Of a stretch of DNA of 64,000 nt, positions 32,562 through 41,691 are shown one piece after another; within the stretch, counting starts at the first letter, position 1; the number at the start of each line of letters is the position of its first letter. Both the position numbers and the translations under genes were made by a program. Origin of the DNA: an uncultured delta proteobacterium (GTDB lineage: Bacteria; Desulfobacterota; Binatia; Binatales; Binataceae); assembly GCA_963711565.1 (NCBI GenBank), contig CAVQEQ010000004.1, positions 960,001 to 1,024,000 on the forward strand, in the 5' to 3' direction. The notes beneath the pieces are model-generated. The model was not told the DNA's origin. It did no database searches and saw nothing but the letters and a program-made list of their open reading frames with translations.

Positions 32562-35066
32562 ATGGACGCGCAACACATTCTCGAAAGCCCGGCAATCGAA
32601 AAGGTCGAACGGTTCCGAATTCGCGGCATGCACTGCGCGAATTGCGCGGACACAATTGAAAAGGCCGTCGCGCCGATTCCCGGCGTCATCGACGCCCATG
32701 TGAATTTCGCCGCCGAGACGCTTACCGCACGCGTCACCGACGAACTTGCAGCCGGTACGATAGAGGCGAAGGTCGCGGCCGCCGGCTACAGCGCGGTCGC
32801 CGAGACGGGAATCGTTGGCGCGGGCGAATCGGCCCTTGATCGCCTCGACGCGCGCCGCAACCTGGAGTGGGTGATCGCGAGTGCGATTGGCGCCGCCGTT
32901 GTCATGTATCTGCAGGACGGCGAGAGCCTCGCCGCGCGCATCGCGACGCTGGTCGTCGCCAGCGCGCTGATGTTCACCGCCGGCCTGACGTTTTACCGCG
33001 GCGCGTGGATGGCCGCGCGCAACCGCACCGCGAATATGGATACCCTGGTCGCGCTCGGAATCAGCGCGGCGTACCTTTATTCGATCCTCACGACATTCCC
33101 GGAAGTGTTCTTCGCCGGTCCGCGATTCTTCGATACCGCTATCGAGCTGATCCTTTTCATTCGCTTCGGTAAATTGCTCGAGGCGCGCGCTCGCGGCCGG
33201 GCGATGGCGGCGTTGCGGTCCTTGCTGACGCTGGTCCCCGATGTCGCAACGATGGTGCGCGACGGTAAGGAGTTCGTCGTGCCGGTTTCTGAGTTGGCCG
33301 TCGGCGACATCGTGCTGGTCAGGCCGGCGTCCAGAATTCCGGTTGACGGTGTGATAGTCACCGGCGCCAGCGCCATCGACGAGTCGATGCTCACGGGCGA
33401 GTCGATGCCGCTCGACAAGGCGGCGGGCGCCGAGGTTTCAGGCGGCACCCTTAACACCGCGGCCGCGATCACGGTGCGTGCGACGCACGTTGGCTCTGAG
33501 ACTGTGCTTGCGCAGATCGTCAGAATGGTTGCGGACGCGCAGGGCGACAAGGCTCCGATTCAGCGCGTCGCCGATGCGGTTGCCGCGCGATTCGTGCCCG
33601 CAGTGATCGCGATCGCGATCTTCACTTTCATCGCGTGGATGTGGCTCGGCCCAAGTCTCGTGATGGCGTTGACGGCGATGACCGCGGTGCTGGTGATCGC
33701 GTGCCCGTGCGCGATGGGACTGGCGACTCCGACCGCGCTCATGGTTGGCAGCGGGCTCGGTCTGCGCAGCGGAATCCTGTTCAAGCGGGCTTCGGCGCTC
33801 GAGTTGATTACGAAAATCCGCGTCATTCTGTTCGACAAGACCGGTACTCTGACCGCCGGCAGGCCGGAACTCGAGGCGATTGTCACGCTCGACGGCGACC
33901 AAAATAGTGCGCTGTCCTTCGCCGCAGTCGCCGCCGCCGGCTCGATTCATCCGCTGTCGCGAGCGGTCACTGCCGGCGCGCAAGCACGAAATCTCGCCCC
34001 TCAGTCCACTCCCGAAAACTCGCTCGAGAAACCGGGCATGGGCGTTACCGCCGAGCATCAGGGAAAGCAGATTGCGCTCGGCAACGACCGTCTGATGACG
34101 GAAGTCGGCGCCAGTATCGATTCTCGCGCCCGCGACGAGGCCGCACGCATTGCGGCATCTGCGGCGACGCCATTGTTCCTCGCGATCGATCGCAAAATAG
34201 CCGCGGTGCTGGCTTTCCGCGATCCCGTCAAACCCGAGGCGCGCGGCGCGATCGCGGCTCTCCATCGTATGGGCATCCGCGCCGTGATGATTTCCGGCGA
34301 CAATACCGAGGTTGCCAAAACCGTTGCTGCCCGGTTGGGAATCGACGAGTTCCACGCGCAATTGATGCCCGCCGACAAGATTGCGCTGGTTAAGCGCTAC
34401 CAGGAGGCTGGCCAGTTCACCGCGATGGTCGGCGACGGTATCAACGACGCGCCCGCATTGGCGGCCGCCGATATCGGCATCGCGATCGGCTCGGGCACCG
34501 ACGCCGCCAAGGAGACCGGCAACGTCGTGCTCACGCGCGACGACTTGTACGACATCGTGCGCGCGCTGGTGCTCGGCCGCCTGACGCTGAATAAGGTGAA
34601 GCAAAATCTTTTCTGGGCTTTTTTCTACAACGTCCTCGGGATTCCGATCGCCGCCGGCGTCCTGTATCCATCATTTGGAATCATGCTGAACCCCGCGCTG
34701 GCCGGACTTGCGATGGCGCTGTCGAGCGTCAGCGTCGTCAGCAACGCGCTGCTGCTGAATTTAACCGGCCCGCGCAAGTTGGCGGCGGTGGATGCCGAAG
34801 TCGAAGCAGGGCAGGGCACGCCTCCGATTTCTTCAACACTTCCGCAGGTGCGGAGCGGAACTACTGAAAAGAGGGAGACTGCGGTGGCAACCAAACTCAA
34901 GTGCGAGAAGTGCGGCGCCGAGACCGCGATGCCGATGCATTGCAATCGCCCGATGCATTCCGAACAGGTCGGCGCCGAAACCAAACTGGTATGCTGGATG
35001 GGTCCCGATTGCGGCGTCGCCGACGTTCCCAAGCATTGCGGCGCACCGATGCACGACGCGGCCTAG
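32562..35066 (+). CDS. copA: P1B-type Cu(I)-translocating ATPase with C-terminal Cys/His-rich extension
   Basis: HMA motif GMHCANC, TGES, CPC, DKTGT, HP, GDGINDAP, YN and MxxSS. Confidence 0.93.
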   Translation: MDAQHILESPAIEKVERFRIRGMHCANCADTIEKAVAPIPGVIDAHVNFAAETLTARVTDELAAGTIEAKVAAAGYSAVAETGIVGAGESALDRLDARRNLEWVIASAIGAAVVMYLQDGESLAARIATLVVASALMFTAGLTFYRGAWMAARNRTANMDTLVALGISAAYLYSILTTFPEVFFAGPRFFDTAIELILFIRFGKLLEARARGRAMAALRSLLTLVPDVATMVRDGKEFVVPVSELAVGDIVLVRPASRIPVDGVIVTGASAIDESMLTGESMPLDKAAGAEVSGGTLNTAAAITVRATHVGSETVLAQIVRMVADAQGDKAPIQRVADAVAARFVPAVIAIAIFTFIAWMWLGPSLVMALTAMTAVLVIACPCAMGLATPTALMVGSGLGLRSGILFKRASALELITKIRVILFDKTGTLTAGRPELEAIVTLDGDQNSALSFAAVAAAGSIHPLSRAVTAGAQARNLAPQSTPENSLEKPGMGVTAEHQGKQIALGNDRLMTEVGASIDSRARDEAARIAASAATPLFLAIDRKIAAVLAFRDPVKPEARGAIAALHRMGIRAVMISGDNTEVAKTVAARLGIDEFHAQLMPADKIALVKRYQEAGQFTAMVGDGINDAPALAAADIGIAIGSGTDAAKETGNVVLTRDDLYDIVRALVLGRLTLNKVKQNLFWAFFYNVLGIPIAAGVLYPSFGIMLNPALAGLAMALSSVSVVSNALLLNLTGPRKLAAVDAEVEAGQGTPPISSTLPQVRSGTTEKRETAVATKLKCEKCGAETAMPMHCNRPMHSEQVGAETKLVCWMGPDCGVADVPKHCGAPMHDAA

Positions 35067-35075
35067 CAGATCGCG

Positions 35076-35858
35076 TTGTTCCAACACTGGTTTCTGCTCC
35101 CCGTCGGCGTTGCGATCAGCACGCTCGTGATGTCGGCGGGCGTGTCGGGCGCGACACTCTGGGTGCCCGTCTATCTGTTGTGGCTCAAGCTCGAAGCGCC
35201 GGTTGCGTTTTGGCTGGGGTTGCTCACGATGCTGTTCGGGTTTGGCAGCGGCGTCACTCGCAACTTTCGCGACGGTACTTTCGATGGCGTCCTCGTCCGT
35301 CGCTACCTGCTCGTCGCGGTTCCCGCGGCCCTCGTCGGCGGATGGGTGTCAGGCTCGGTCAATCAGGCGTTGCTCGTCGCGCTCTTCGGCGCGTTTCTCA
35401 TTGTGTATGCGATCGTGATTGGCGGCCGCGCACTTGGGATGCGCAGCGACAGCGATCGCCACGACCGGGTTCCTGTCTCAATCGCACTGACAGGCGGCGC
35501 GCTCACGGGGCTCATCTCGATCGGAATTGGAATCCTGGCGATGCCCTCCGTGGTGGGTCACCGAGCGAGCCGTTCGCCCGGCGCCGCGATCGGATCCCTT
35601 GTCATGATTATCTTTTTCACCAGCCTGGCGGCGGCCATTGGCCGAATGCGTCCGTCGCTCATCTCGGAGTTGCGGCGCGACTCCACGCAGATCATCGCGA
35701 TCGCAATCTGGGCGGTGCCGGGAGTTATAGTCGGCGGACAGATCGGTCCGCGCATCGCGCAGATGCTCCCGTCAGAACGTCACGCGCGCTTGTACTGCAG
35801 CGCGATTTTGCTGGTCGTCGGCGTACTGACTCTGGTCCGCGCAGCCGCGATCCGCTAG
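35076..35858 (+). CDS. TauE/SafE family membrane protein
   Basis: Multiple TM segments, G.SG...P repeat, G.I.G..IG. Confidence 0.75.
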   Translation: MFQHWFLLPVGVAISTLVMSAGVSGATLWVPVYLLWLKLEAPVAFWLGLLTMLFGFGSGVTRNFRDGTFDGVLVRRYLLVAVPAALVGGWVSGSVNQALLVALFGAFLIVYAIVIGGRALGMRSDSDRHDRVPVSIALTGGALTGLISIGIGILAMPSVVGHRASRSPGAAIGSLVMIIFFTSLAAAIGRMRPSLISELRRDSTQIIAIAIWAVPGVIVGGQIGPRIAQMLPSERHARLYCSAILLVVGVLTLVRAAAIR

Positions 35859-35859
35859 A

Positions 35860-36087
35860 GCAGCGTATCACGTCGCCGATGCCGTTTGCGCTCACGTCGT
35901 TGACTCGATCGTCGAAGCGATGGTCTCCCAGGCGCGTCGCCCGCTCGGGATAGAGTTGCATCTCGGCCTGAACAAATTCAGAGACTTGCTTTCTGAACGC
36001 GCGATTCGGCGCCGACGCGGTTTGCGCAATCGCCGGCGTGCAGACTGAGACGACCAGCACGATCGCGAGATGAGCGGCTATCTTCAT
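35860..36087 (-). pseudogene. truncated DUF885 family secreted protein (N-terminal remnant)
   Basis: Signal peptide then PERATRLGDHRFDDR, typical of DUF885 N-termini; similarity ends at the convergent TauE stop. Confidence 0.6.
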
Positions 36088-36101
36088 CGCGAGCTGAGGC
36101 G

Positions 36102-36842
36102 CTACTTCAGCGTGCCTGCGAACAATTCCGTCAACTTGTCGAACGCGCGGTCGGCTTGCGGCTGGTTGTAAACCGGAGCGTCCGGCACCGTCCAGCCATG
36201 GAACGCGCCTTCGTACACTTCGCTTTGATATTTTCCGCCCCACGCCGCGAGCGCGCGATCGAACTTTTCGATCACTTCCGGAGGCATGCTGCGGTCCTTG
36301 GTCGCGTGTCCGAAGTAGAGCCGCGCCTTGATCCGTGGCAACACCAGATGCGGGCTCGTCGGCTCGTCGGTATAGAGGCCGCCGCCGTGGAATGACGCCA
36401 CCGCCGCAACTTTGTCAGGCATCGCGGCCGCCGTGCGCATCGCGAAGGACCCCGTGAAGCAGTAGCCGACGACGCCGATCGATCCCGCGCTGACGGCACT
36501 ATGCTCCGCGAGAAAATTGACGTAAGCCTTCCCGTCGCGCTCGACCGCTTCAGGAGTCATCGGTGCCCGCAGCTCGCCAAATCGCTTCATGGTGCGCTCA
36601 TCGCCCATCCCAATCGTGACGTCGATAACCGGCGGCTTGGTCGTGCGATAGAACACGTTGGGCATCAGCACGGTGTAACCTTTCTCGGCCAGCCGCTTCG
36701 CCATCTCGCGATGCGACGGGCGGATGCCGCCGATGTCGGTCAAATGGATCGCCCCCGGCGACCGCCGCGCGCCTTCCGCCCGATAGAGAAAACCGTCAGC
36801 GGTCCCGTCCGGTGTGCGAATTTCAATTGCTTCTTCGATCAT
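36102..36842 (-). CDS. dienelactone hydrolase family protein
   Basis: TPDG, DIGGIR, GYCF nucleophile elbow, SFHGG, HGW. Confidence 0.92.
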   Translation of the reverse strand: MIEEAIEIRTPDGTADGFLYRAEGARRSPGAIHLTDIGGIRPSHREMAKRLAEKGYTVLMPNVFYRTTKPPVIDVTIGMGDERTMKRFGELRAPMTPEAVERDGKAYVNFLAEHSAVSAGSIGVVGYCFTGSFAMRTAAAMPDKVAAVASFHGGGLYTDEPTSPHLVLPRIKARLYFGHATKDRSMPPEVIEKFDRALAAWGGKYQSEVYEGAFHGWTVPDAPVYNQPQADRAFDKLTELFAGTLK

Positions 36843-36945
36843 AATTCTCTCCTTCAATTCCTGCGGGTGAGTCCGATCCATATACCACAGAGCAGGGAGT
36901 TCCGGCGCTTTCATCGAAGGGATAGGGCTGGGACTATGGCAATTG

Positions 36946-37731
36946 ATGCCGAGCCGGACTCATCAATTCTACGCGGTGGCCTTCGAGGAAAACTTCTCGC
37001 TCCGCCAGATTGCGCCCGCGTTTCCCGAAGCGAGAACGTCACCGCTCGAGCTGTTTGTGCCGATCGAGTCCGACGGCGGCCTCTACATCTTTCCCTTCGG
37101 CGCCATCGTCACGCACGACGTTCCGGTCGATCAGCGCGAGCGCATCTTCGGACGCCTCACCCAGGTCCTGCCAAAACTCACCACCCGCATCATCCGAGAG
37201 GATTACTCCGTGCTCGAAGATCCCGAGGCGCCGATCGGCATTTCCGCCGGGATGCTTCGCGTCAACAAGCTCACGCCGCAGCGCGCGGGAATCGTCGCGC
37301 TGACGGTCGCCCAGAGCGCCGCGATGGAATACTACGAGCGCATCGTGGACAGCCTTTTCGCACGGACCGCGCAGTTGGTCGATCGGATGGCATCGAAGGG
37401 CACTGTGCCCTACCGGATTACCCCGCTGCATCGCTTCATCGGCGAGGCGATTTCGTCGCGCACAGAAGTTCTCGCCGTCCTTCACCTGCTCGACAAGCCC
37501 GACGCCGCGTGGGAAGACCCCGCGATGGATCTCATCTACGACGACCTGCGCGACGAATTCGATCTCGTCGATCGCTACGCCGCGCTGACCAGCAAGCTGC
37601 AGAGCATCCAGGACTCTCTCGTGCTGGTCCTCAACGTCGCGCGCGATCGCCGCCTGGTATTGCTCGAAGTCATCGTCGTGCTGCTGATCCTGCTCGAGAT
37701 TATCTTGGGCGTCATACACTTCACCTCGTAA
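36946..37731 (+). CDS. RMD1/DUF155 family protein
   Basis: F.FGAIV, AQS..MEYYE, LLDKPD..WE, FDL.DR, LE.I C-terminal TM. Confidence 0.88.
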   Translation: MPSRTHQFYAVAFEENFSLRQIAPAFPEARTSPLELFVPIESDGGLYIFPFGAIVTHDVPVDQRERIFGRLTQVLPKLTTRIIREDYSVLEDPEAPIGISAGMLRVNKLTPQRAGIVALTVAQSAAMEYYERIVDSLFARTAQLVDRMASKGTVPYRITPLHRFIGEAISSRTEVLAVLHLLDKPDAAWEDPAMDLIYDDLRDEFDLVDRYAALTSKLQSIQDSLVLVLNVARDRRLVLLEVIVVLLILLEIILGVIHFTS

Positions 37732-37843
37732 GCGTTTCTCCGCGCTACGGCTTAATATTGCCGAAACACTGGTCTGGTAGGTTTGTCATCGCGCGAACTT
37801 TAGCCTCGCGCTTGCGCGATCGCGCGCTTGTACTATCGAGGAC

Positions 37844-38266
37844 ATGCGATGTCAGACGAAAAGGGAATCGATATCGGACTTCTCCTGCCGGGACAGTACG
37901 TTCGACCTGGTCAGGCGGAATCACGTTATCGAGGGCGAGCTGAAACTCCTGCTGGCGGTTCTGGAAGACGCGATTCGATGCTACCTGCGAAACGTGAACG
38001 CGCAGGACGGCGAGCGCCGCCGCGATTTCATCGAGGTCCGGAACTGGTTCGAGGGCAACGGTAGAGCCCGCGATATTTTCAGCTTCGAAAATCTTTGCGC
38101 CGCGCTTGGCATCGAGCCGCGCATCCTGCTCGCGCGGATGCGTATTCTGACCATCGGCGATCTGCCGTCGCGACGCTACCAGATGCGCCGCCATCGCCCT
38201 CTGTCGAGCCTGCGAAATGCCAACGGCCTGCGTCAGCGAGCCACCGCCCGCTCGCACGGTTCTTAA
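37844..38266 (+). CDS. conserved hypothetical protein
   Basis: LLLAVLEDAIRCY...W...FSFENLC.ALG pattern, basic C-terminus; start uncertain. Confidence 0.7.
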   Translation: MRCQTKRESISDFSCRDSTFDLVRRNHVIEGELKLLLAVLEDAIRCYLRNVNAQDGERRRDFIEVRNWFEGNGRARDIFSFENLCAALGIEPRILLARMRILTIGDLPSRRYQMRRHRPLSSLRNANGLRQRATARSHGS

Positions 38267-38270
38267 TACC

Positions 38271-38324
38271 GGGTGCAGGGGTCACCCCTGCCCAGGGAAG
38301 CGTGAAACCCACGGAGGGTTTCAC
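38271..38324. terminator. twin hairpins between convergent genes
   Basis: GCAGGGG-TCA-CCCCTGC and GTGAAACCC-ACGGA-GGGTTTCAC followed by an AT-rich run. Confidence 0.5.
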
Positions 38325-38336
38325 ATTTAATAAGGT

Positions 38337-38846
38337 TCAATCGAATATCCATCGCGTAGCGCTGCCCTGGAACTCACCCGGCGTCGCATCGACGCCAATC
38401 ACCTTGCGCGGACGCACGGCGAAAATCGGCCCCATGTCGAGCACCGTCTCAACCTTCAAGTCCCACTGGTACTTGGGATTGTACGCTTCGACGAAGCGGC
38501 GAATCGCAGCCGCATCCGTAATTCTCTCCGCGACGCCTTCGAGCGAGACTGCCTGGATGCCGTCTTCGGGGCACACGACGCAATTCGGATTCGCAGCGAG
38601 GTTGCGCGCCTTGCGCGACCTCGCACCGCTGCTGAAGTAGAACGCCTCGTCGAGCCAAATCCCCCAGACCGGCACGCAATGCGGCCGGCCGTCGGGACAC
38701 GTAGTCGCCACCCAGTAGTTGCGCGAACGCGTCAACCGCTCGACCGCCCATTCCCACGGCAACAGCCCGCGCCCGCCGCTCGCGTCGAGGATTCCGTAAC
38801 CCGGCATGTAAGGCCGGCTCGCTTTAGGCGTCTGCTCGATTGCCAT
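38337..38846 (-). CDS. pyridoxamine 5'-phosphate oxidase-like (split-barrel) protein
   Basis: LLPW.WA..RL...RNYW.AT..PDGRPH..PVW, SRKARNL..NP. Confidence 0.88.
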   Translation of the reverse strand: MAIEQTPKASRPYMPGYGILDASGGRGLLPWEWAVERLTRSRNYWVATTCPDGRPHCVPVWGIWLDEAFYFSSGARSRKARNLAANPNCVVCPEDGIQAVSLEGVAERITDAAAIRRFVEAYNPKYQWDLKVETVLDMGPIFAVRPRKVIGVDATPGEFQGSATRWIFD

Positions 38847-38990
38847 AAACGCCACGATCTCATCACGGGATTCCGCGCGCCAGTCATGCGCAACGTCTCG
38901 TCGTGCGCGAATTTTGCCCCCATCTTTCTCTATGAGCGCCCAAGCGCTAAGAACATCGAGTATAAAATTTCTACGGGAGGGGAGTCGGTT

Positions 38991-39527
38991 ATGAAATCAG
39001 CGAAGATACTCGCGATCGTCGCCTGTGCGTGCCTCCTGTCCGTGATCATGATGTACTCGGCGCGTCATGCGTATGCGCAGGACGACGACCAGGTCGATGA
39101 GAACGCTGGGAGCTGGAGCACACCCGGCGGCGGCAGCGCGGACGCGGACGAAGTATCGAGTCCCGATATGAAAAAGCCCCCGCTAGATGTTCAAGGCTGC
39201 TGGGACGGCACGGCCATTGACAACAACCCCACCCTCGGCATGGGAACCGTCATCTTCGAGTCGCTCGAACAGAACGGGAAGAAACTTGAGAAGACGAGCA
39301 ACTTTGACTTCCGGTTTGCCGGCGGCTCATACAACGCGTTGGGCCATCTGACGGGTGCCGTAAGTTCGACGGGATTCACATTCAAAGGCAGTGCGGGTAA
39401 AGGATGTCCGATAAGCGGAAGCGCCACGGGTGACGATACCTCGATGACGGGGAAGTTCAAGTTCGGAAAAAAGTGCAAGCACGATTTCGACAGCGGAACC
39501 TTCGCAATCTTCAATCCTTGCACGTAA
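38991..39527 (+). CDS. secreted hypothetical protein
   Basis: GGAGG RBS, Sec signal ending AYA, acidic linker, Cys-containing beta-rich domain. Confidence 0.75.
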   Translation: MKSAKILAIVACACLLSVIMMYSARHAYAQDDDQVDENAGSWSTPGGGSADADEVSSPDMKKPPLDVQGCWDGTAIDNNPTLGMGTVIFESLEQNGKKLEKTSNFDFRFAGGSYNALGHLTGAVSSTGFTFKGSAGKGCPISGSATGDDTSMTGKFKFGKKCKHDFDSGTFAIFNPCT

Positions 39528-39598
39528 CGGATTCGCGGCTTCTCAGCCCGCGCGTGCGCTCGCGCGCGATGACGGTTTTGGCAATTCGTTCGCGGCGC

Positions 39599-40357
39599 TC
39601 ACTCGCAGTTTCCCATCGGGCTGGTGACTTTGGCTTTGCCGCTGTTCTTTGACGTACAAGTCGGCGCGACGGTGTCGCTGCCAATGGCTGTAGAGCCGTT
39701 AGTCGCGAGTGCCGTTACATTGCTCCCGGTTTCCTCAGCAGACGCTTCCGCGACGCTGCCGGTGCCCGACGCGGTTGCTTGAGCGTTGCTGCCGCTGTCT
39801 GCCAAGGCGGTCGCGGTCGCGTCCTTTCCCTTCGCGGAGCTGACGGCCTGGGAGCCGCCATCCGCCTCGGCTGTTGCATCGGCGTGCCCCCCCTTCGCGG
39901 TTGCTGTCGCCTCGCTGCCGTTGTCTGCCTCTGCAGTCGCATCGGCGTCCTCTCCCTTCGCGGAGCTGACGGCCTCGCTGCCACCGGGGCCTCCCGCCTC
40001 GGATGTCGAGTCGGCGCTTTTTCCCTTGGCGGTTGCGGTAGCATCGCTGCCGCTTTCGGCCTCGGCGGTTGCGTCGGCGTTCTCTCCCTTCGCGGTCGCT
40101 GCAGTATCACTCCCGCCGGCTGCCTCGGATGTCGCATCGGCGTCCTTTCCCGACGCGTGGGCCTTCGCAGTGTTGGGTGCGCCGGTTTCTGCGTCGCAAG
40201 TGGCCTCAGTACCGTCGGCGCTCGGACCAGACGTAACGTCCGAGCTGGTCGTCGAGCATGACTCGGTACCCGACGCGAACGCCTCGGTTCGAGCCACTAT
40301 GAGAGCGATTCCAACTGCGGCTATCGCCGCCCCCATCTGAACGATTCGTATCCGCAT
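39599..40357 (-). CDS. secreted Ala/Ser/Thr-rich repeat protein
   Basis: GAGGA RBS, signal peptide ending AFA, ~21-aa repeats GSxAxAxAKGxxADATAEAxx, Cys pairs at both ends. Confidence 0.8.
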   Translation of the reverse strand: MRIRIVQMGAAIAAVGIALIVARTEAFASGTESCSTTSSDVTSGPSADGTEATCDAETGAPNTAKAHASGKDADATSEAAGGSDTAATAKGENADATAEAESGSDATATAKGKSADSTSEAGGPGGSEAVSSAKGEDADATAEADNGSEATATAKGGHADATAEADGGSQAVSSAKGKDATATALADSGSNAQATASGTGSVAEASAEETGSNVTALATNGSTAIGSDTVAPTCTSKNSGKAKVTSPMGNCE

Positions 40358-40559
40358 AGATTCCTCCGGTGACGACGCATTTAGCAGAGCGGCAAGCAAC
40401 CGACAAATGGCAGTCAGCAACAGTCAGGCCGCGGGGGTTCCGTCTTTACCAGCAGACCTCGGTCTCGTGTGATCGCGGCGCTGGCCTCCTTCACTTGGCG
40501 CGAGGAGGCGCCATCCGTTCCTTCGTGAGGGCGTTGCGATGCGGGAACCCTTCTCTGAG

Positions 40560-40635
40560 TGGTGGGCAGGGAGTGAATCGAACACTCGACACAAGGATTT
40601 TCAGTCCTTTGCTCTACCGACTGAGCTACCTGCCC
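40560..40635 (-). tRNA. tRNA-Phe(GAA)
   Basis: GGGCAGG/CCTGCCC acceptor stem, CTGAAAA anticodon loop, TTCGATT T-loop, encoded CCA. Confidence 0.97.
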
Positions 40636-40707
40636 ACCGTGTCTGGACGCGTACGCGATGAGGCGAACCTTCATTGGTACCGATGATTGCGCCGCCTTGC
40701 AACGCCC

Positions 40708-41691
40708 TCACCGCTTGAGACCCGTCACTCGCGACTCGACGAAATCTATCACCTTGCCCTCGAGGTTTACGCCGTCGAGCCGGTCGATCTCCTGCACTCC
40801 GGTCGGACTCGTCACGTTCACCTCGGTCAGGTACTCGCCGATAATGTCCAGACCGACGAAGTACAGCCCGTCGCGCTCCAGCCGCGGCTTCAGCATCCCG
40901 CAGATCTCTCGATCGCGCGCCGTAACCGGCGCCTTCACGCAATTGCCGCCGACATGGATATTGCCGCGATTCTCGTCGTCGCGCGGCACCCGCAGCATGC
41001 ATCCCAGCGGCTCGCCGTCCAGCACTATCAGCCGCTTGTCGCCGTTGCGCGCCTCGGGGATATAGCGCTGGGCCATGATTGGGCGCGATTCGTATTGCGT
41101 CACCGCCTCGAGAATCGCGCCGCGGTTGCGATCTTTCGCCGTCACCAGGAACACGCCTTCGCCGCCGTGGCCGTCGAGCGGCTTCACGATCATCTCGCCG
41201 CCCTGTTCGTCGAGAAAAGTCTTGAGCCGCGGAATTTCGTAGGTCACGAGCGTCGGCGGAATCGCGTCGGGAAAATTCAGCGCGTAGAGCTTCTCGTTGG
41301 CTTCGCGCAGTCCCGCGGGATTGTTGAGCACGAACGTGCGGCTGGAGTCGGCGAGGCTGAGCAGCATCGTCGCGTAAAGATAGGCCGCGTCGGCGGGCGG
41401 ATCCTTGCGCATGAAGATCGTGTCGAAATGTTCAAGCGGATACTCGGCGCCGTCGTCGAGAAACTTGTAGTGAGGATTCCCGCGCCGCGTCAGCTCGCAT
41501 TGCCGCGCTCGCGCGATCACCTTCGGCCCGCGCGCGTAGAGATCGCGCAGCCCGAGAAAATAGATTTCGTGGCCGCGAAACTGCGCCTCGAGCATGAACA
41601 CGAACGTCGTGTCCTTGTCGACGATCACCCGCTCCAGCGGGTCCATGATGAACGCGAACTTGCGCGCCGACGTCTTACTTTTCTTCGCCAT
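40708..41691 (-). CDS. gshB: glutathione synthetase
   Basis: MDP...KDTT, MRKDPP, ANEK, KPLDG.GG, GDKR, EVNVTSPT. Confidence 0.96.
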   Translation of the reverse strand: MAKKSKTSARKFAFIMDPLERVIVDKDTTFVFMLEAQFRGHEIYFLGLRDLYARGPKVIARARQCELTRRGNPHYKFLDDGAEYPLEHFDTIFMRKDPPADAAYLYATMLLSLADSSRTFVLNNPAGLREANEKLYALNFPDAIPPTLVTYEIPRLKTFLDEQGGEMIVKPLDGHGGEGVFLVTAKDRNRGAILEAVTQYESRPIMAQRYIPEARNGDKRLIVLDGEPLGCMLRVPRDDENRGNIHVGGNCVKAPVTARDREICGMLKPRLERDGLYFVGLDIIGEYLTEVNVTSPTGVQEIDRLDGVNLEGKVIDFVESRVTGLKR

